Shown in pieces: positions 37,401 through 49,560 of a stretch of DNA of 64,000 nt. The DNA comes from Bugula neritina. Its lineage: Eukaryota; Animalia; Bryozoa. Made by a program: the position numbers and the translations under genes. The stretch lies in NCBI GenBank assembly GCA_964035545.1, contig OZ037766.1:25532339-25596338 (forward strand). Reading direction: 5' to 3'. Numbering within the stretch: position 1 is the first letter of the stretch; the number at the start of each line of letters is the position of its first letter. The notes under the pieces were generated by a model. It was not told where the DNA came from. It saw only the letters and a list, made by a program, of their open reading frames with translations, and did not search any database.

Positions 37401-40400
37401 TCAACTTAAATTTATATTGGCAAAGCTCAATCGTACACATTTAAAATATTATCTTCCGAAGTCCAGACCAACCTGCTCATGCTTCTCATTACTTTTTGCA
37501 AAAGTGGTTATTAAAAAAAAATCGTGAAGAAAATCATTATCAGACACAGATTTACTTATAATTTGGCTCTTTTATAGCTGATCAATAATAATGTTTGCTT
37601 TATAACTAAAATACCCATTCCTTTGCTTGTTTTCGTTCATATAGTCTACATTTTTTCAGATGTTTTCACAAGAAAATCACTAGAATTAAACTCATGAGAG
37701 AAGTGAAAAACACATCTATGATTATCTGCAAAAGTTTTTGCTTGTATATATAATAAACTAGCTTCACTAATTTCAAGATGACACTTAACAAATTTGAACA
37801 AAGTTGTGGGGAAACAACTCCTGTAAAAGTTTAAAGAGCTTTTGTGACTCACTCGGTGGACAGAACAGTTTAGAGTTTTTATAACAAAAGAGTGACAAGA
37901 GTATCTATAATTATCAGCAAAATTATTTTGCTAATATAAAATAAATTGGCTTTAATAATTCTAAAATATTTAGCCGATTTACAAAAACATTAAGAGAAGA
38001 CAACTTCTGATTCATTTTAAAAGTTTGAAGCGCTTTTGTAGCTAACTGGATGCACAGAGCAGTCTAGAGTTTTCACAGATTAATTAAGACCCTTGAAACT
38101 CTCCATTTCTAAAAAAAATTGCTTGGCCACCTCCCCGAGTGTAATGAGTGAAAGATAATTGGAGGCTACTTCTAGACTAAAATTTGTGTATTTATAATTG
38201 ATGAATCATCATTGTAAAGTGTCCATGACTCATCAACATCTTTTGCATTTAAGTAATTATTGATCATTGATACAGAACTTTCACATGAAAATTGAACAAA
38301 ATGTCTACTGAAAAAATAACTCATCCATAATTTGAATACCTTGACTTCATTCTTCTCAATATGACAAAGACAGTTGCTGTCACTTGTTAGACTGCAAGGG
38401 AATTGGGAAGATTCCAGAGATTTGATAATCTTTCTGATCATCTCTGGCTCTGGATCATCCTCAGTAAACAAGTAGGTTCCTGCTTCCCTACAATCAGTTG
38501 CACTTGGAATAATATGCTAACTGTCTAGACTTATTTCTGATTGAGTGAACAACATACGAGTAAAAGTAAGTAGGGATAAGTTTCAAGCTTAATAACAGGG
38601 TTAACCAGCAAAAAAATCTAAGAAGTCACAACTGATACAGTTTATTACAGCAAAGCAATATTGTGAGCATACACCTATAGACTATTAGAAAGGCCGCAAC
38701 CGTATACTATCTTGGTACTACAGGACAGAGTCACTGTGTACTGTAATGAGATTCTAAAAATGTCAGTCTGACAGAGAGAAAAACAAATCAACATTGAATC
38801 TAGTACTTATATTATTATGAATAATACTATTTGATAAACAGTATTTTATATATAATAACTAATTGTCATATGTGTCATTTAGTATGACACCATAACCAGC
38901 CAATATGTGTGTGGTATTACCACAATGTTATGTGGCGTCATTCAGAATGGCACCATGACTAACCAATATGAGTGCATCACCATCACAAGCTCATTAGTTG
39001 TTGTTTGACTGTACAATGTACTGCATTCACTTGTTTGTATTTTGACATTATTATCATATTTTATAAATGATACTCGTACATTTATTCCATCATTGGAAAT
39101 ACTTTGGAATATTATATAGTATATACCCAGCAATGTAACACTAATAAATCAATATTAAATTATAATCAATATTATATTTATTTTGTATCATAATCAATAT
39201 TCTCTCTAATTTGTATTATAGTCAATATTACCTAGTTTAAAACCAATACTACAAATAAATTGTATTACAGTCAATATTATATATCTAGACTGTTTATTAA
39301 AATTGATATTATATAGCCTATCTATTTTATATTACAATACATATTATATCTATTTTATATTACAATACATATTATATTTATTTTATATTACGATTCATAT
39401 TATAACTATTTTATATTACAATACCTATTAAATCTATTTCATATTATGATACATATTGTGCCTATTTTATATTACGATACATGTTATACCTGTTTTATAT
39501 TATAATAGATAGGTTGCCTAGCCTCAGAATGTTAAACTAAAATATAGACCAAATGCTGCTAGAAAATCTTTGGTAGGAATTCAATTGCTAACGCCCAACT
39601 AAACATTTTACAATTGGCTTATTTAAGTTGGCACATCTAGTTATGGCTGTAGATTCTTAATAAAACACAGCGACTGGTTCTAGAATTGGATGATTTTGAA
39701 TTGCAGACATACTTGTTTTCCTTGTAGAGATCATAGCATGCTTTCAATTGGTCATATGGAATGTTGAAACTGATATGCCTTGGGTCAAGCTCCGCAGGTA
39801 AACTTGCCAACTCATTCATGCTGTGTACTAGGGCCTTCACAGCCAGTCCCCACTTCTTGCAACACTTTAGAAACTTGGCATAATGTCTGAAACAAAACTC
39901 AATGTAATAAAATACAAGTAAAGATAATAGTAACAATCCCCTCCAATATTATATCAATTATAGGTTTATATAAGATGTGATGCAGCAAATACAATTTGTG
40001 TTATGTAATACCATATTTAATGAGAAAAAGTGAGCAAAAACTCTGATATCATGGTTACTCAAGTTAATTAGTGAATTAGTGAAGTTGACAGCATAAAAGC
40101 AATAATTGGGAAGGCGTGGGTTATATAATTATTAAAATATAAGTATGCCATCTAATCGCTAAAGTTATAACTAAATAACGATGTTTACAATGAGTTATCA
40201 CTCCTTTTGAGAATAAATTATTCTGAAATCGACCGATTAAGTTATTACAGTACACAAATTTTTACGAGTGGTTTTTAAAATGCAATGCAACGCGGAGAAA
40301 TTTAAACCCGGCCAAATTGAATTTCTGACCGAAAATCGTGAAGGTATAAAGGCAACTTAACAGTTTCACACAAAGTTATCAATGGCTTTGCAAGACGCAC

Positions 40401-43400
40401 TGCTATTACAATGGAACAAATCCAATGGCCTATTTCTTAAATCTAAGGAAATTAACAAAACTTTTATAATTTATAAAAAACTGTTCAGAGACATAGAATT
40501 TTACATTTAGGCGCGGTAGTGGAGAAACTGAGATAGGCTATGTTCTTTAAATTTATCATTAAATTTTGGTTTGAGGCACAGGTTGAAATTCTCCCAAGAA
40601 CATAACTTCTTATTCTACATTTTTAATCTAGAATGTTTTCAATTTCTTCATTACTGCACCTAACTTGAATTTTATAGAAATCGATTTTTACTAAATAATA
40701 AAATACATACTGATAAATTTTACTCATGGCCTGATGATTACGGCAGCTCTGAGATTGGCTGATCATAGCCTCAAGGTGATTGCGAATCTCTTCAAATAGA
40801 CGAGTCCCTTCCTCGAAAATGTTCTCTTTCTGACCTTCATCATCAGGGTTTGTGTGTTCGTATTTCACACCTAAAATGCATTGTAATCTATTTATAGATA
40901 GGCTAAAAATAAGTAAGAATAAATTATACACCAATTGGGGAAAATAGAAAAGAAACTCAACATATTTCTAATAATCACTAACTGAAAATGGTTAAAAAGT
41001 TTACAACATGCAAGACTTACACCATGTTAATCTTAAGGAGAATGACGATTCCTAAAAAATTCAAAATTATAATTGAAAAGCAATCAGCTGTACCATACAT
41101 AATTTTTATCATAAAGAAACGCAAAATCTTATTTTTACTGAAAAAAATTATGGAAAAATAATATAAATTTAGATTAAAGCAGCCAATAATCACCCAGTGA
41201 TTAGGTACTTTAACTTGGACAATTTATTATTGTGTCAGTTTTAAAATTTTGGCACATTTTATTTAGAAGAAATACCTTTACTGTATTTATAAAAAAAGAC
41301 ACTCTGAATCTCCAGATCAGCACAAACGTTGAAAAAAGTTTAAAATTAGTCAACATTATAAATTTTCGTTTATTCACTTAAGATAGTGTAGTTGCTACAA
41401 TAAACCTAAAAGATGGCAGATTTTTACTTTAGTTTAAGGCGTCAGTTAGAATTTTCTAATGCATTGGAATGCTAAGTGAATTTCGTTTAATGTTGCACAA
41501 TTGTATAACTACTGCATGTTACTTTATATAAGAATGTCTGTCTTGACAAATCTATATATAAACAAAATTAACTTAGGAATAAAACAGCATGTCGAGTTTA
41601 CATAATTCAATTACAAGTGGCCTAATTTCAAGAACACTTATCGTGTGCTACAATTCAGAATGCTTTTCAAAACAATTAGGTTGTTCTCAGAAATTTCTTT
41701 TTTACACTTATTCTAAACTGGGAGTGCCACACAAACAAGTAATAAATTCTAACCTAAAGCATTGAGTCTACCCTCCTTACACAACAGCTGGTGGAAATCG
41801 TCTTTTACTAAACATGACTTTAGCAAGCCACACTCGTAGGCGTGGTTCTTCTCAGAAGACTGATCATCACGACATATATTGGCCAAGCCTACAGAGAAAA
41901 TGATGATTAACATGAAGAAACTATAACTCTCTCACATTTACAGTATGACCTCAAAACATGAAAGTCTGATACAGAAATTAAAACTATAGCATTGTTACAA
42001 ATTCAAGTTTACAAAGATTTGATACATAGGTATTAATTTTCAAATTAAATCAACTGCCTCGTATTGAAAAATGTATATCTCTTTCAATCTTTAGGGTTTA
42101 AGAAATCAACACACAGTGATGATTTTTAAAGCCCTACAAAATTTGAAATATTCTTTTTTCATAAAACCCCTCATTTTGCAAATCATCAAAGGCTCAGGAT
42201 TGGAAAAGATGAACCAAGATTATACTTTTCTTACTTTCCCATTCTTGTATAACATCGACAGCATCAGAGCAGGATGTGGCTTTAGCCAGCTTACACCAAA
42301 GAAGATGTCGTTCAGTGATTAGAGCTGGCAGCAAGTAAACGCGCTCATCCTCTAGTATTTTGTTGTAGACTAGCAATGCAATCTCAGCATGCTCTATGTA
42401 AGAATTAGCTTTAGCAGGTGCTGTAAGAATATATGAATATAGCAGCAGCAGCAGCATAAATTTATACCAACAGTAAGTAAAATGTGGGTTGGTGTAAAAT
42501 AATTTTGCCCCCACTGAGATTCGAACCCGAGTCCTCTGGCTTGGGAGCAAGTGTGCTAACCATTGCACCACGGGGACTACCGGGCAAACTCAACACTACA
42601 TTCCACCCAGTTCTCTGAACTCCACTGGCCTATCTACTACTCCTTCAGTCTTCAGACTCCCCTGGCCACTCAACTTCTTTAGGTTACTACTACTCATCAC
42701 TAAAGGCCGAAATAGCTTGTAAAATAATTGCCCCCACTGGGAATCGAACCTGAGACCTCTGGCTTGCAAGCAAGTGTGCTAACCATTACACCACAGAGAC
42801 CACTGGGTAAACCTGTCACTACAGTTGGTTAAGTTATATGTGTATAGCGTAAAGAATTATCATAGATGGCTGACTTACGTAAATCCAGATGTGCAAAGAC
42901 TTTAGTCCAACCAAAGAAGATCTGACCAAGCATTTCTCCAATATAAACAGCAGCTAACTTTTCATTAGGCTGTAGAATTTTGTTGTTGCCACCGTCTCGC
43001 AAACTTCTCAGCTTACTGCAAAACAAAAAAAAATGTAGAAGAGCAGGACAAAATAAATGAATCTGTGCTAGATTTAGATGGTGTGTGTTCAATACATGAC
43101 TAGTCTTTGAAAGTATGAGCAAGGCAGTGACTGAAAACTTCATGAAAACAATATTTGTAATAGAATTATTTTAAACCACCATAAAATAAGCCCTCGTGGC
43201 TGAATATGCTTTGGTGAATCATTCAAAGCAAACTAAACAAACTCCTACTTCCAGTATATCAGCCGGACTAAAATAATAGTTATTGGCATAAAGTAACAGC
43301 TTGTTCAGTACTGATTAAAGAACTTAAATACCCACAGTAGGAAATAAAAAATTTTCAGTTGATTTCTGGCTTTAAGTTCACCACCTTATTATTTCAGTTG

Positions 43401-46143
43401 ACCTAATGTTTATAATACAGGAGCTTGTTTGTAAACAGGATGTACCACTAGATCTACCTAATACTACGCAATGTTATGCTACAACTAGGAGTATAAAATA
43501 ATTTTGCTTTCACTAGGATTCAAACCCAAGATCTTCAGCTTGCAAGCAGGCACGCTAACCATTACACCACGGGGACAACTGGGTAAACTCAACACTACAA
43601 GGGGAAGCATTAACCAAGAGAAAATAGCTTCTAAAATTAGCATATACATTTATTACGATCCAGAGTCAAGCGTTTGTCAAAGTATTAAACAATTATGTTT
43701 TGTTTGCAGGAGAACTATCTTTTTATCAAGTAATCGTTCATTTACCACAAATTATATCTCCTTATATCTGCATACACTCTCAAGTAGCTGTTGTCATTTC
43801 ATTGACACACTGATTAAAATGCGTGTCATTTGAACTTGTAAAATATTCTATGCTATGAAGGTGATAGATATTACAGCAGGAAACACAACTAAATTTTAAG
43901 GTAAATAAAGTTACTTTTTCTTCAAATGCCTGTTGAGCAAATCTTCTTCTTTAATGTCCACCATATTGCCAAGTGATGTTTGGGTGAGCACATGAAATTC
44001 AGGGAGCTCATCTATAAACTCAAGGTAACTTGCTGAATGCATTAGTGGGATTTGCTTCCCCTCTTCATACAGATGGCTCACTGTTTCATAGTGTGTGTTG
44101 AATCTATAAACATTTCAAAAAGTTTAATTTAAAAACTTTACAATCATCCAAAAATGCAAATATATAGAACAGGTGGGAGAAAGTGAGAGTGTGTGTGTGC
44201 ATGTGTGTGCTTCTTGTGTGTTGCTGCCAATACCTTTTTCGAAGTTTATCATAAGAACTTTTGGTCACCAGCAGACAGAACTCATTCAAGGCTTCCTTGA
44301 AGTACTTTTCACCTTCCAAATCCTTTCTAGACACAAGGCAGTAGCCCAAGGAAGTAAAGAGGTCACACTGCAACAGCTACAAAATCATGAAGATAGAAAA
44401 TAGTTGACCTCTACAAACCTAAGCAAACAGTAGTGTATTTTACACCCAGAAATTGACAGGGCTTCCAGAGCTTATAAAAATTTGTAGTTTATAAGTTTTT
44501 TTTTAATAATAACCTACTAATTGATGAAGAAAGTCCAAAAAATGTAGTTTTTACTGTGCCTCCATGCTAAGCTAACATTGAAAAAATAAAAAGACAGAGT
44601 AAAAATTTGAATCAACTATATCTATAGATATCAAACAGAAAAAAGAGTTGTGCATTGCTTAGTTTTTTTTGCAAGCTAAGCATAGTTGTAAACTAACATA
44701 TTACAACACATTGCCCATGCTTAGCTGTCTTACAGTTATTAGATCATCATCATTCAGAGTTTGTGAGTCATCAATAGCCTTAATGATGCTCTGTCCATGC
44801 TGGAAGTAGTATGCTGGTAGGAGAGGGTTATGCTGCCTGCCATCTTTGGGGATAACTCTAGTCAGCGCTGTCAAAGCTTTTCTATAAGCAGCGAAAGCAA
44901 ATAGCAGACACTACCATTGCAAATTAATTTGTGATACTTTATTGTTTTTCTAGATTTAAAGTTTTTATCCTATCCAGCAACTTTTGTACATCATTAAAAA
45001 ACTTTTGAGACTGGTTTATGCTAACCACAAAAGTATATTCCCCAATGTAGGAAAACCAAAATGCCGGCAAAAGCAGTTGGGTATCAGTCAAGCTTTAATT
45101 GCGTGCTTGAGCTACATGTTTTTTGCTTTCCTGTATCATGGAAATAATTTTTCTGATGGGGTCGCACACATGGACAACATGCACCATTTGGTCGTAATTC
45201 CAGACTGATGGACAAAAAGAAAATTGGAATAACTATAACGAGGTGAAGACCCTAGTATAATACGCTGCATAGATACCATGCTGCTAAAGCTAGCCAGCTT
45301 AAAAATCTATTGAAGCTGCAAACATTTTATAAAGTAGTTTATGTAGTAGTTTACGTGAAAACAAGCTGCTCATCTATATCCTCAACATTAAAGAACACCG
45401 TCTTCATAGCCGTCTGAATAAGAGCATGCATAGAGAAAAACATATTCCCCTGCTTGTCATCGGTTCTTATGCACAACCCTTTACGTTTTAGGATTTTCAT
45501 CAGTTTACCAACACCATCTGCAGCCTGGAACAGTGTAAATTGAATAATTTTACATAAGCTTACAAGAACAAAATCATGTAAAAAACGACAAAAAATTACA
45601 TTTTATAGTTCATGGGATATTATAAGAGTTTTATGCATGAATGTGTACAAAGGCCAAAAGACAATAAAAACTTGAGTAGCTCAAGATTTCAAACATGAAT
45701 AAAAGCCAGATGTAAAATGATAAAGCAAAATTTTTACCAAATTTTCCTGAAAGAATACACAATCAATAAAATTTCCACTAGAGTACACTATAAAAACTGA
45801 TTAACATAGCATAAAAATGCTGCTCTTGAAAAAAAATTAGGTCTCAATTCTTAAAAAAAATTCTTACTTTTGCTGGATCATCAGGTAGAAGAGCTTCTGC
45901 ACATGATTTCAACAACTCTCCAGGAATATTATCTTCATTAAAACAGGAAAGCAATCGAATGAATTTCATGTAGAAGATGGAAGGCAAACCTGTTCGATCT
46001 GCTACATCATCTACACCATTCTCGATACTCAACTCGTACGCTGCTAGGGTCTCATCTTTACCCCTGTTTTCCCTTTGCATCCTCTCAGTCTTCTGTTGTA
46101 GTCGACTCAAGTAATTTTTAACGAAGCTTTCAGGCGCTTCAAA
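34421..46143 (-). CDS. STAND (NB-ARC-like) NTPase with helical/TPR-like C-terminus; 5' part including the P-loop not found
   Basis: About 14 GT-AG flanked exons (46143-45867, 45525-45353, 44881-44734, 44376-44233, 44103-43914, 43016-42879, 42421-42234, 41888-41772, 41051-41021, about 40870-40710, 39886-39712, about 38741-38675, 38516-38341, 34498-34421). YLSRL...LAAYELSI...RLLSCFNEDNIPGELL and LMKILKRKGLC...FSMHALIQ match the helical and winged-helix (MHxLxQ) region of NB-ARC-TPR proteins. Confidence 0.65.
34899..38179 (-). mobile_element. Academ (AcademX-like) DNA transposon, internally deleted, in the last intron of the STAND-like gene
   Basis: TIRs TAGTCTAGAAGTAACCTTCC / GGAGGCTACTTCTAGACTA; flanks TAAT / AAAT (imperfect 4-bp TSD); absent from the paralogous intron at about 31100-31150; carries a transposase remnant. 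Confidence 0.75.
35580..36290 (-). pseudogene. Transposase C-terminal remnant (XPG-like nuclease region and Cys-rich finger)
   Basis: AALTGFHALTDCD, EQFVCKLYG...DDVRY..F, LSPTKDELNLDVKRANHQVAIW and C.C...C...CSACTDVCQC motifs across frameshifted ORFs 35864-36145 and 35516-35746. Confidence 0.75.
39140..39510. repeat. AT-rich minisatellite, about 28-bp unit (TATTTTATATTACAATACATATTATA)
   Basis: Tandem degenerate units, clearest 39320-39510. Confidence 0.8.
42495..42600 (-). mobile_element. tRNA-like short repeat (family B)
   Basis: Minus strand TGTAGTGTTGAGTTTGCCCGGTA-GTCCCCGTGGTGCAATGGTTAGCAC...GGTTCGAATCTCAGTGGGGGCA; A and B boxes present, anticodon arm defective. Confidence 0.7.
42718..42825 (-). 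mobile_element. tRNA-like short repeat (family B)
   Basis: Second copy in the same intron, with GGTTCGATTCC B box. Confidence 0.7.
43490..43600 (-). mobile_element. tRNA-like short repeat (family B)
   Basis: Same leader and tRNA-like body, more degenerate. Confidence 0.65.
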
Positions 46144-46379
46144 CTATGATTATAAATTATGATATAAAATCATTTGAGGAAATAAATATGACAGGTACAG
46201 TAATTGAAAAATTAAGTAAAGCCTGTGTTCTAGATTAAAAATGTAACAAAAGAAGTTGTGTTCTAGTAAGAGTTTCGACTGCGCTCTAAATCAAAAGTTT
46301 ATCAAGAAATTTAAAAAACTTATATTATCTTAAATTTTCCCCTACTGCTTCTAAATGAAATGTTATGCTTTTGTACTCT

Positions 46380-46684
46380 TGTTATAATTTTCAGATTTAG
46401 GGTTGATATGCTATCCAGAGAGTCTATTTATTTGCTATAGAACTGCACCAGGATAAGTCGAGTGAACGAGTATATTTTACACACAATTATACATTATAAA
46501 AACGATACATTATATTCAGACAAGTTATACATCTAATCTATTTGACACTCTAGCTTCGACTGCCTTAGCAGCGGGAAACTGTAATTGCTGCTAACTATCA
46601 AACACGCTAATTGGCTATCCATTGTTCCGGGTCAATTACGCGACCCTACATGTTGTGCTGCTGGTAGTTCCACGAACCACCACA
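46380..46684 (-). repeat. 3' LTR of the Gypsy element
   Basis: TGTTATAATT...CCACCACA, direct repeat of 53577-53880; adjacent G-rich PPT (minus GGTGGGGGCGG, 46685-46695). Confidence 0.95.
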
Positions 46685-46973
46685 CCGCCCCCACCAGCAG
46701 AAAGCCCTTTTTCTGATATATATAAAAAAAAACATTCATTAGTAACCGCATACATCAGTGGACAAAAATAATACATAATATACAGGAAGAGACATAATAA
46801 TAGGCAGAGTCATTATACGACCCGTTACATACAATTGACCAGCTGTAGATAGACGAGGAATACTAGCTAGCTGTGGTGATAGACAGGGGATAACCTGTTA
46901 AGCAGTCAAACATTTACATGACATCTTGGTTTCCCCCAAGAGGCGAAGTTGCGGAGTACTCCGGGTAGTCTAA

Positions 46974-47795
46974 CTAGAGTCCTTGTTGGGCACGCCGGTG
47001 CTTGGCTTGGCATGTACGCAGTTTCCGTTTCATACGGCATACGGATCCCTTTAGCTGGAAGAGTCCTGTGGTAGTGTTAAGTAGATCTGGTGCCAGCTGG
47101 GTGAATTCTTCTTGTAATCGCAGGAGGCGTTCTTCTACTGTGGCTAGGCGGACTGGGTCTGGGGACGGTGTCCGTCTGCGGCGCACGGGGGGACTGGGGG
47201 ACCTGGTTCGTCTCTTCGTCGGGGTAGGGGAGATCTCTCCTTCTTCTGGATATGTAATCTCCTCGGGGGTGTATGTAATTTGAGGGCGGTCAGACACCAA
47301 CGGGGATTGTTGGCGGGCGTTGTCTAACACACGTTGGAACCCCGAGGACAGAACGGCTAACAGCATGGCCTTCTTCACCAGAGGTCGTATAAGTGTGAGA
47401 AACTCCGGGTATAGCTTAGCGTCGACCACGTAGTTTTCTCCAGGGAAACAGCCCGTCGCTCGGTGTCTGGTGACGGGGTAGGGATACACATCATTGTACC
47501 CGCAGGGGCAGAAGGTCAGTAGGAGATGAGCATTGACGTGTAGTTTAAGGGAGCGGTGAGAGGCGCATTCTTCACCACATATCTGGCATCTCGTCCGTCC
47601 TCTGGACCCCCAGGCCGTTTCTATTTCTTCTTCTGTTTGTGGAAACACCCACCGCCAACGGCGGCGTAGTGGCTCAGGCCGGTCACCACTAGCATAATCC
47701 TCCGGATGCGGAGCGGGAAGTGTTCTATCCCGTACCCTGGTTGTAGCGGGTCGAGTGTAATCTGAAAAAGTTTCAACAGTGTTAGTACAGTACAC
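46974..47795 (-). CDS. Gypsy additional ORF3: C2H2 zinc finger, RS/SP-rich segment and coiled coil
   Basis: 273 open codons between pol and the 3' LTR. CQICGEECASHRSLKLHVNAH, CPCG...RH...C, KRRTRSPSPPVRRRRTPSP and heptad LATVEERLLRLQEEF...; no ATG at the ORF start, splice acceptor CTTTTTCAG ending at 47762. Confidence 0.75.
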   Translation of the reverse strand: MYCTNTVETFSDYTRPATTRVRDRTLPAPHPEDYASGDRPEPLRRRWRWVFPQTEEEIETAWGSRGRTRCQICGEECASHRSLKLHVNAHLLLTFCPCGYNDVYPYPVTRHRATGCFPGENYVVDAKLYPEFLTLIRPLVKKAMLLAVLSSGFQRVLDNARQQSPLVSDRPQITYTPEEITYPEEGEISPTPTKRRTRSPSPPVRRRRTPSPDPVRLATVEERLLRLQEEFTQLAPDLLNTTTGLFQLKGSVCRMKRKLRTCQAKHRRAQQGL

Positions 47796-48075
47796 TGCCG
47801 TGTTGTCAGCTTGAATAGCTTGGCAACTCTTAATTCAGTTACTTCGTAGAGATTTATGGTAGTGAATAGTCTGATAGAACACGTATTGCAATGAGATTAT
47901 AAAAATCTCTAAGTCAAACTGAGTTCTTACTACGGTATTTCACTAACCTATCTCCAGCTCAATTGACTCAGTGAGTCAGAGTTGAGCGATGCAATCTAGT
48001 TTCGTATTAAGATATAGTTAACTCACCCCACGATCTGTTGTCGTAAGACATACTGAATGTGTGAAATGGTTTGAA

Positions 48076-49560
48076 CTACTGCTTAGAAACACGTCTACTC
48101 CTGACTGCATCAGCGTATGAAAAGATCGAGCAACGTGGTTGGGGTGCGTGATTAAGACTTTGTGCACCCGGCGGATGAACTTTGTTTCTATTTCCGCCGA
48201 TACAAAAGTTGATATTTCCGTGGTGTTGACAACTCCCACATTTGCTCGATACTTTTCTCGTACGGTTTTCCCCTAGACTTTCATACGCGCCGCTTTTAAC
48301 GCAGTCGCATACGAAGTCCTTCAAGTATGCGGGGGGTTGCCTCGTACGCTGTCCCCTTTCTAGGGGGGGTGACACGCTTGCCGGTTCATTAGTAGGGGCC
48401 TCTAATGGCGTCTCTACTTCACCGTTAGCGGTCACCTCTTCTTGTTCTCCGGATGGAGCCCCTCCCTCCGTGGGGGTTTGCACTTCCGGAACCGGCTCGG
48501 TTTCTGGAAGTGATGGAATTAGACTTGGCGGTGGCGGACACGCTTCTGTTGATAAAAGCTGCCGCTCCTCCCTCACCAAGTTTTCTTCCCGCGGTATGAC
48601 CACTTCGTATTCAGGTCCATGCCGCCGTCGCCCGCGCGTTGTTGTCTGCCTCCTGGGCTCTAACAGCGGGAGGGCTTCTCCCACTCCGCCGGGGCTAGCC
48701 CAATACGGTTTCAAGCGAGACTCATTCTGGATAGACACCTGTCCTGAGCGCTCAATCTTGTACGTATGATTGGGCATAGCCTCGACGACCACGTAGGGGC
48801 CTACGAACTTAGGCTTCAGTTTATCAGCCTGTCCGCGACGCCTACGGTAATTGACCATCCACACCTTATCTCCCCTTTGATAGAGAGGTGGTTCATCGGA
48901 ATCTTTGTGCCGCACCTTCCACTGCTGTTGGCGCAGTATATCGTGTGCGGCCTTCATCCGTTCCACTAGTTCACTGGCATACTTGTGAACCGAGTTGTCT
49001 TGCTCTGGCACGTGATAGGTGAGATGGTCAGGGACACGAGTCTCTCTCCCGAGCATCAAGAGGTTTGGGGTCTCACCAGTACTGGTGTGTGGGGTGCTAC
49101 GATATGCACGCATGACTTGCGGCAACACCATATCCCATTCCTCTTGACCTCGTCCAAGGAGGAGACTCCGGAGTGCATCACCTAGCATCCGGTTGTTGCG
49201 CTCCACCACCCCGTTACCTTGAGGGTGGTAGGGGGTGGTCCTGCTCTGATTTACTCCCCAGAGGTGACAAAGGTCGCTCATCAGTTGAGACTGGAATTGA
49301 GCGCCTTGATCAGAGTGTATCTGTTCGGGGAGCCCAAAATAACAGAATAAATGTTGGTCTAGTGCCCTGGCCACTGTTGGGGCTGACGCATCTGGGATAG
49401 CCAGAGCATCCGCTCACCTAGTAAAGTGGTCGGTTAGTACTAGGATCCAATTATTGCCTCTGGGGGTCAGGGGCATGGGTCCGACCAGGTCTACAGCGAC
49501 TACTTGCCAGGGCCTACCAGCATATAGCCTCCGCCGTCCTGCTTCACCAGGGGGCAGCTA
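48076..49560 (-). pseudogene. pol: Integrase core and C-terminal extension of pol, disrupted
   Basis: PWQVVAVDLVGP...LTDHFTR*ADA (TGG>TGA near 49415), IHSDQGAQF, YHPQGNGVVERNNR, GPY motif; a frameshift near 49550 separates it from the RT frame. Confidence 0.9.

Noticed and set aside
38172-38340. Academ TIR supplying a stop codon that truncates the STAND-like gene
   Set aside because: The exon ends at AAG|GTATTC (38341) in both paralogous copies; the ORF extension into the TIR is intronic.
42495-42825. Functional tRNA genes
   Set aside because: Anticodon stem mismatched with a 6-nt loop, and copies diverge freely; treated as repeats.
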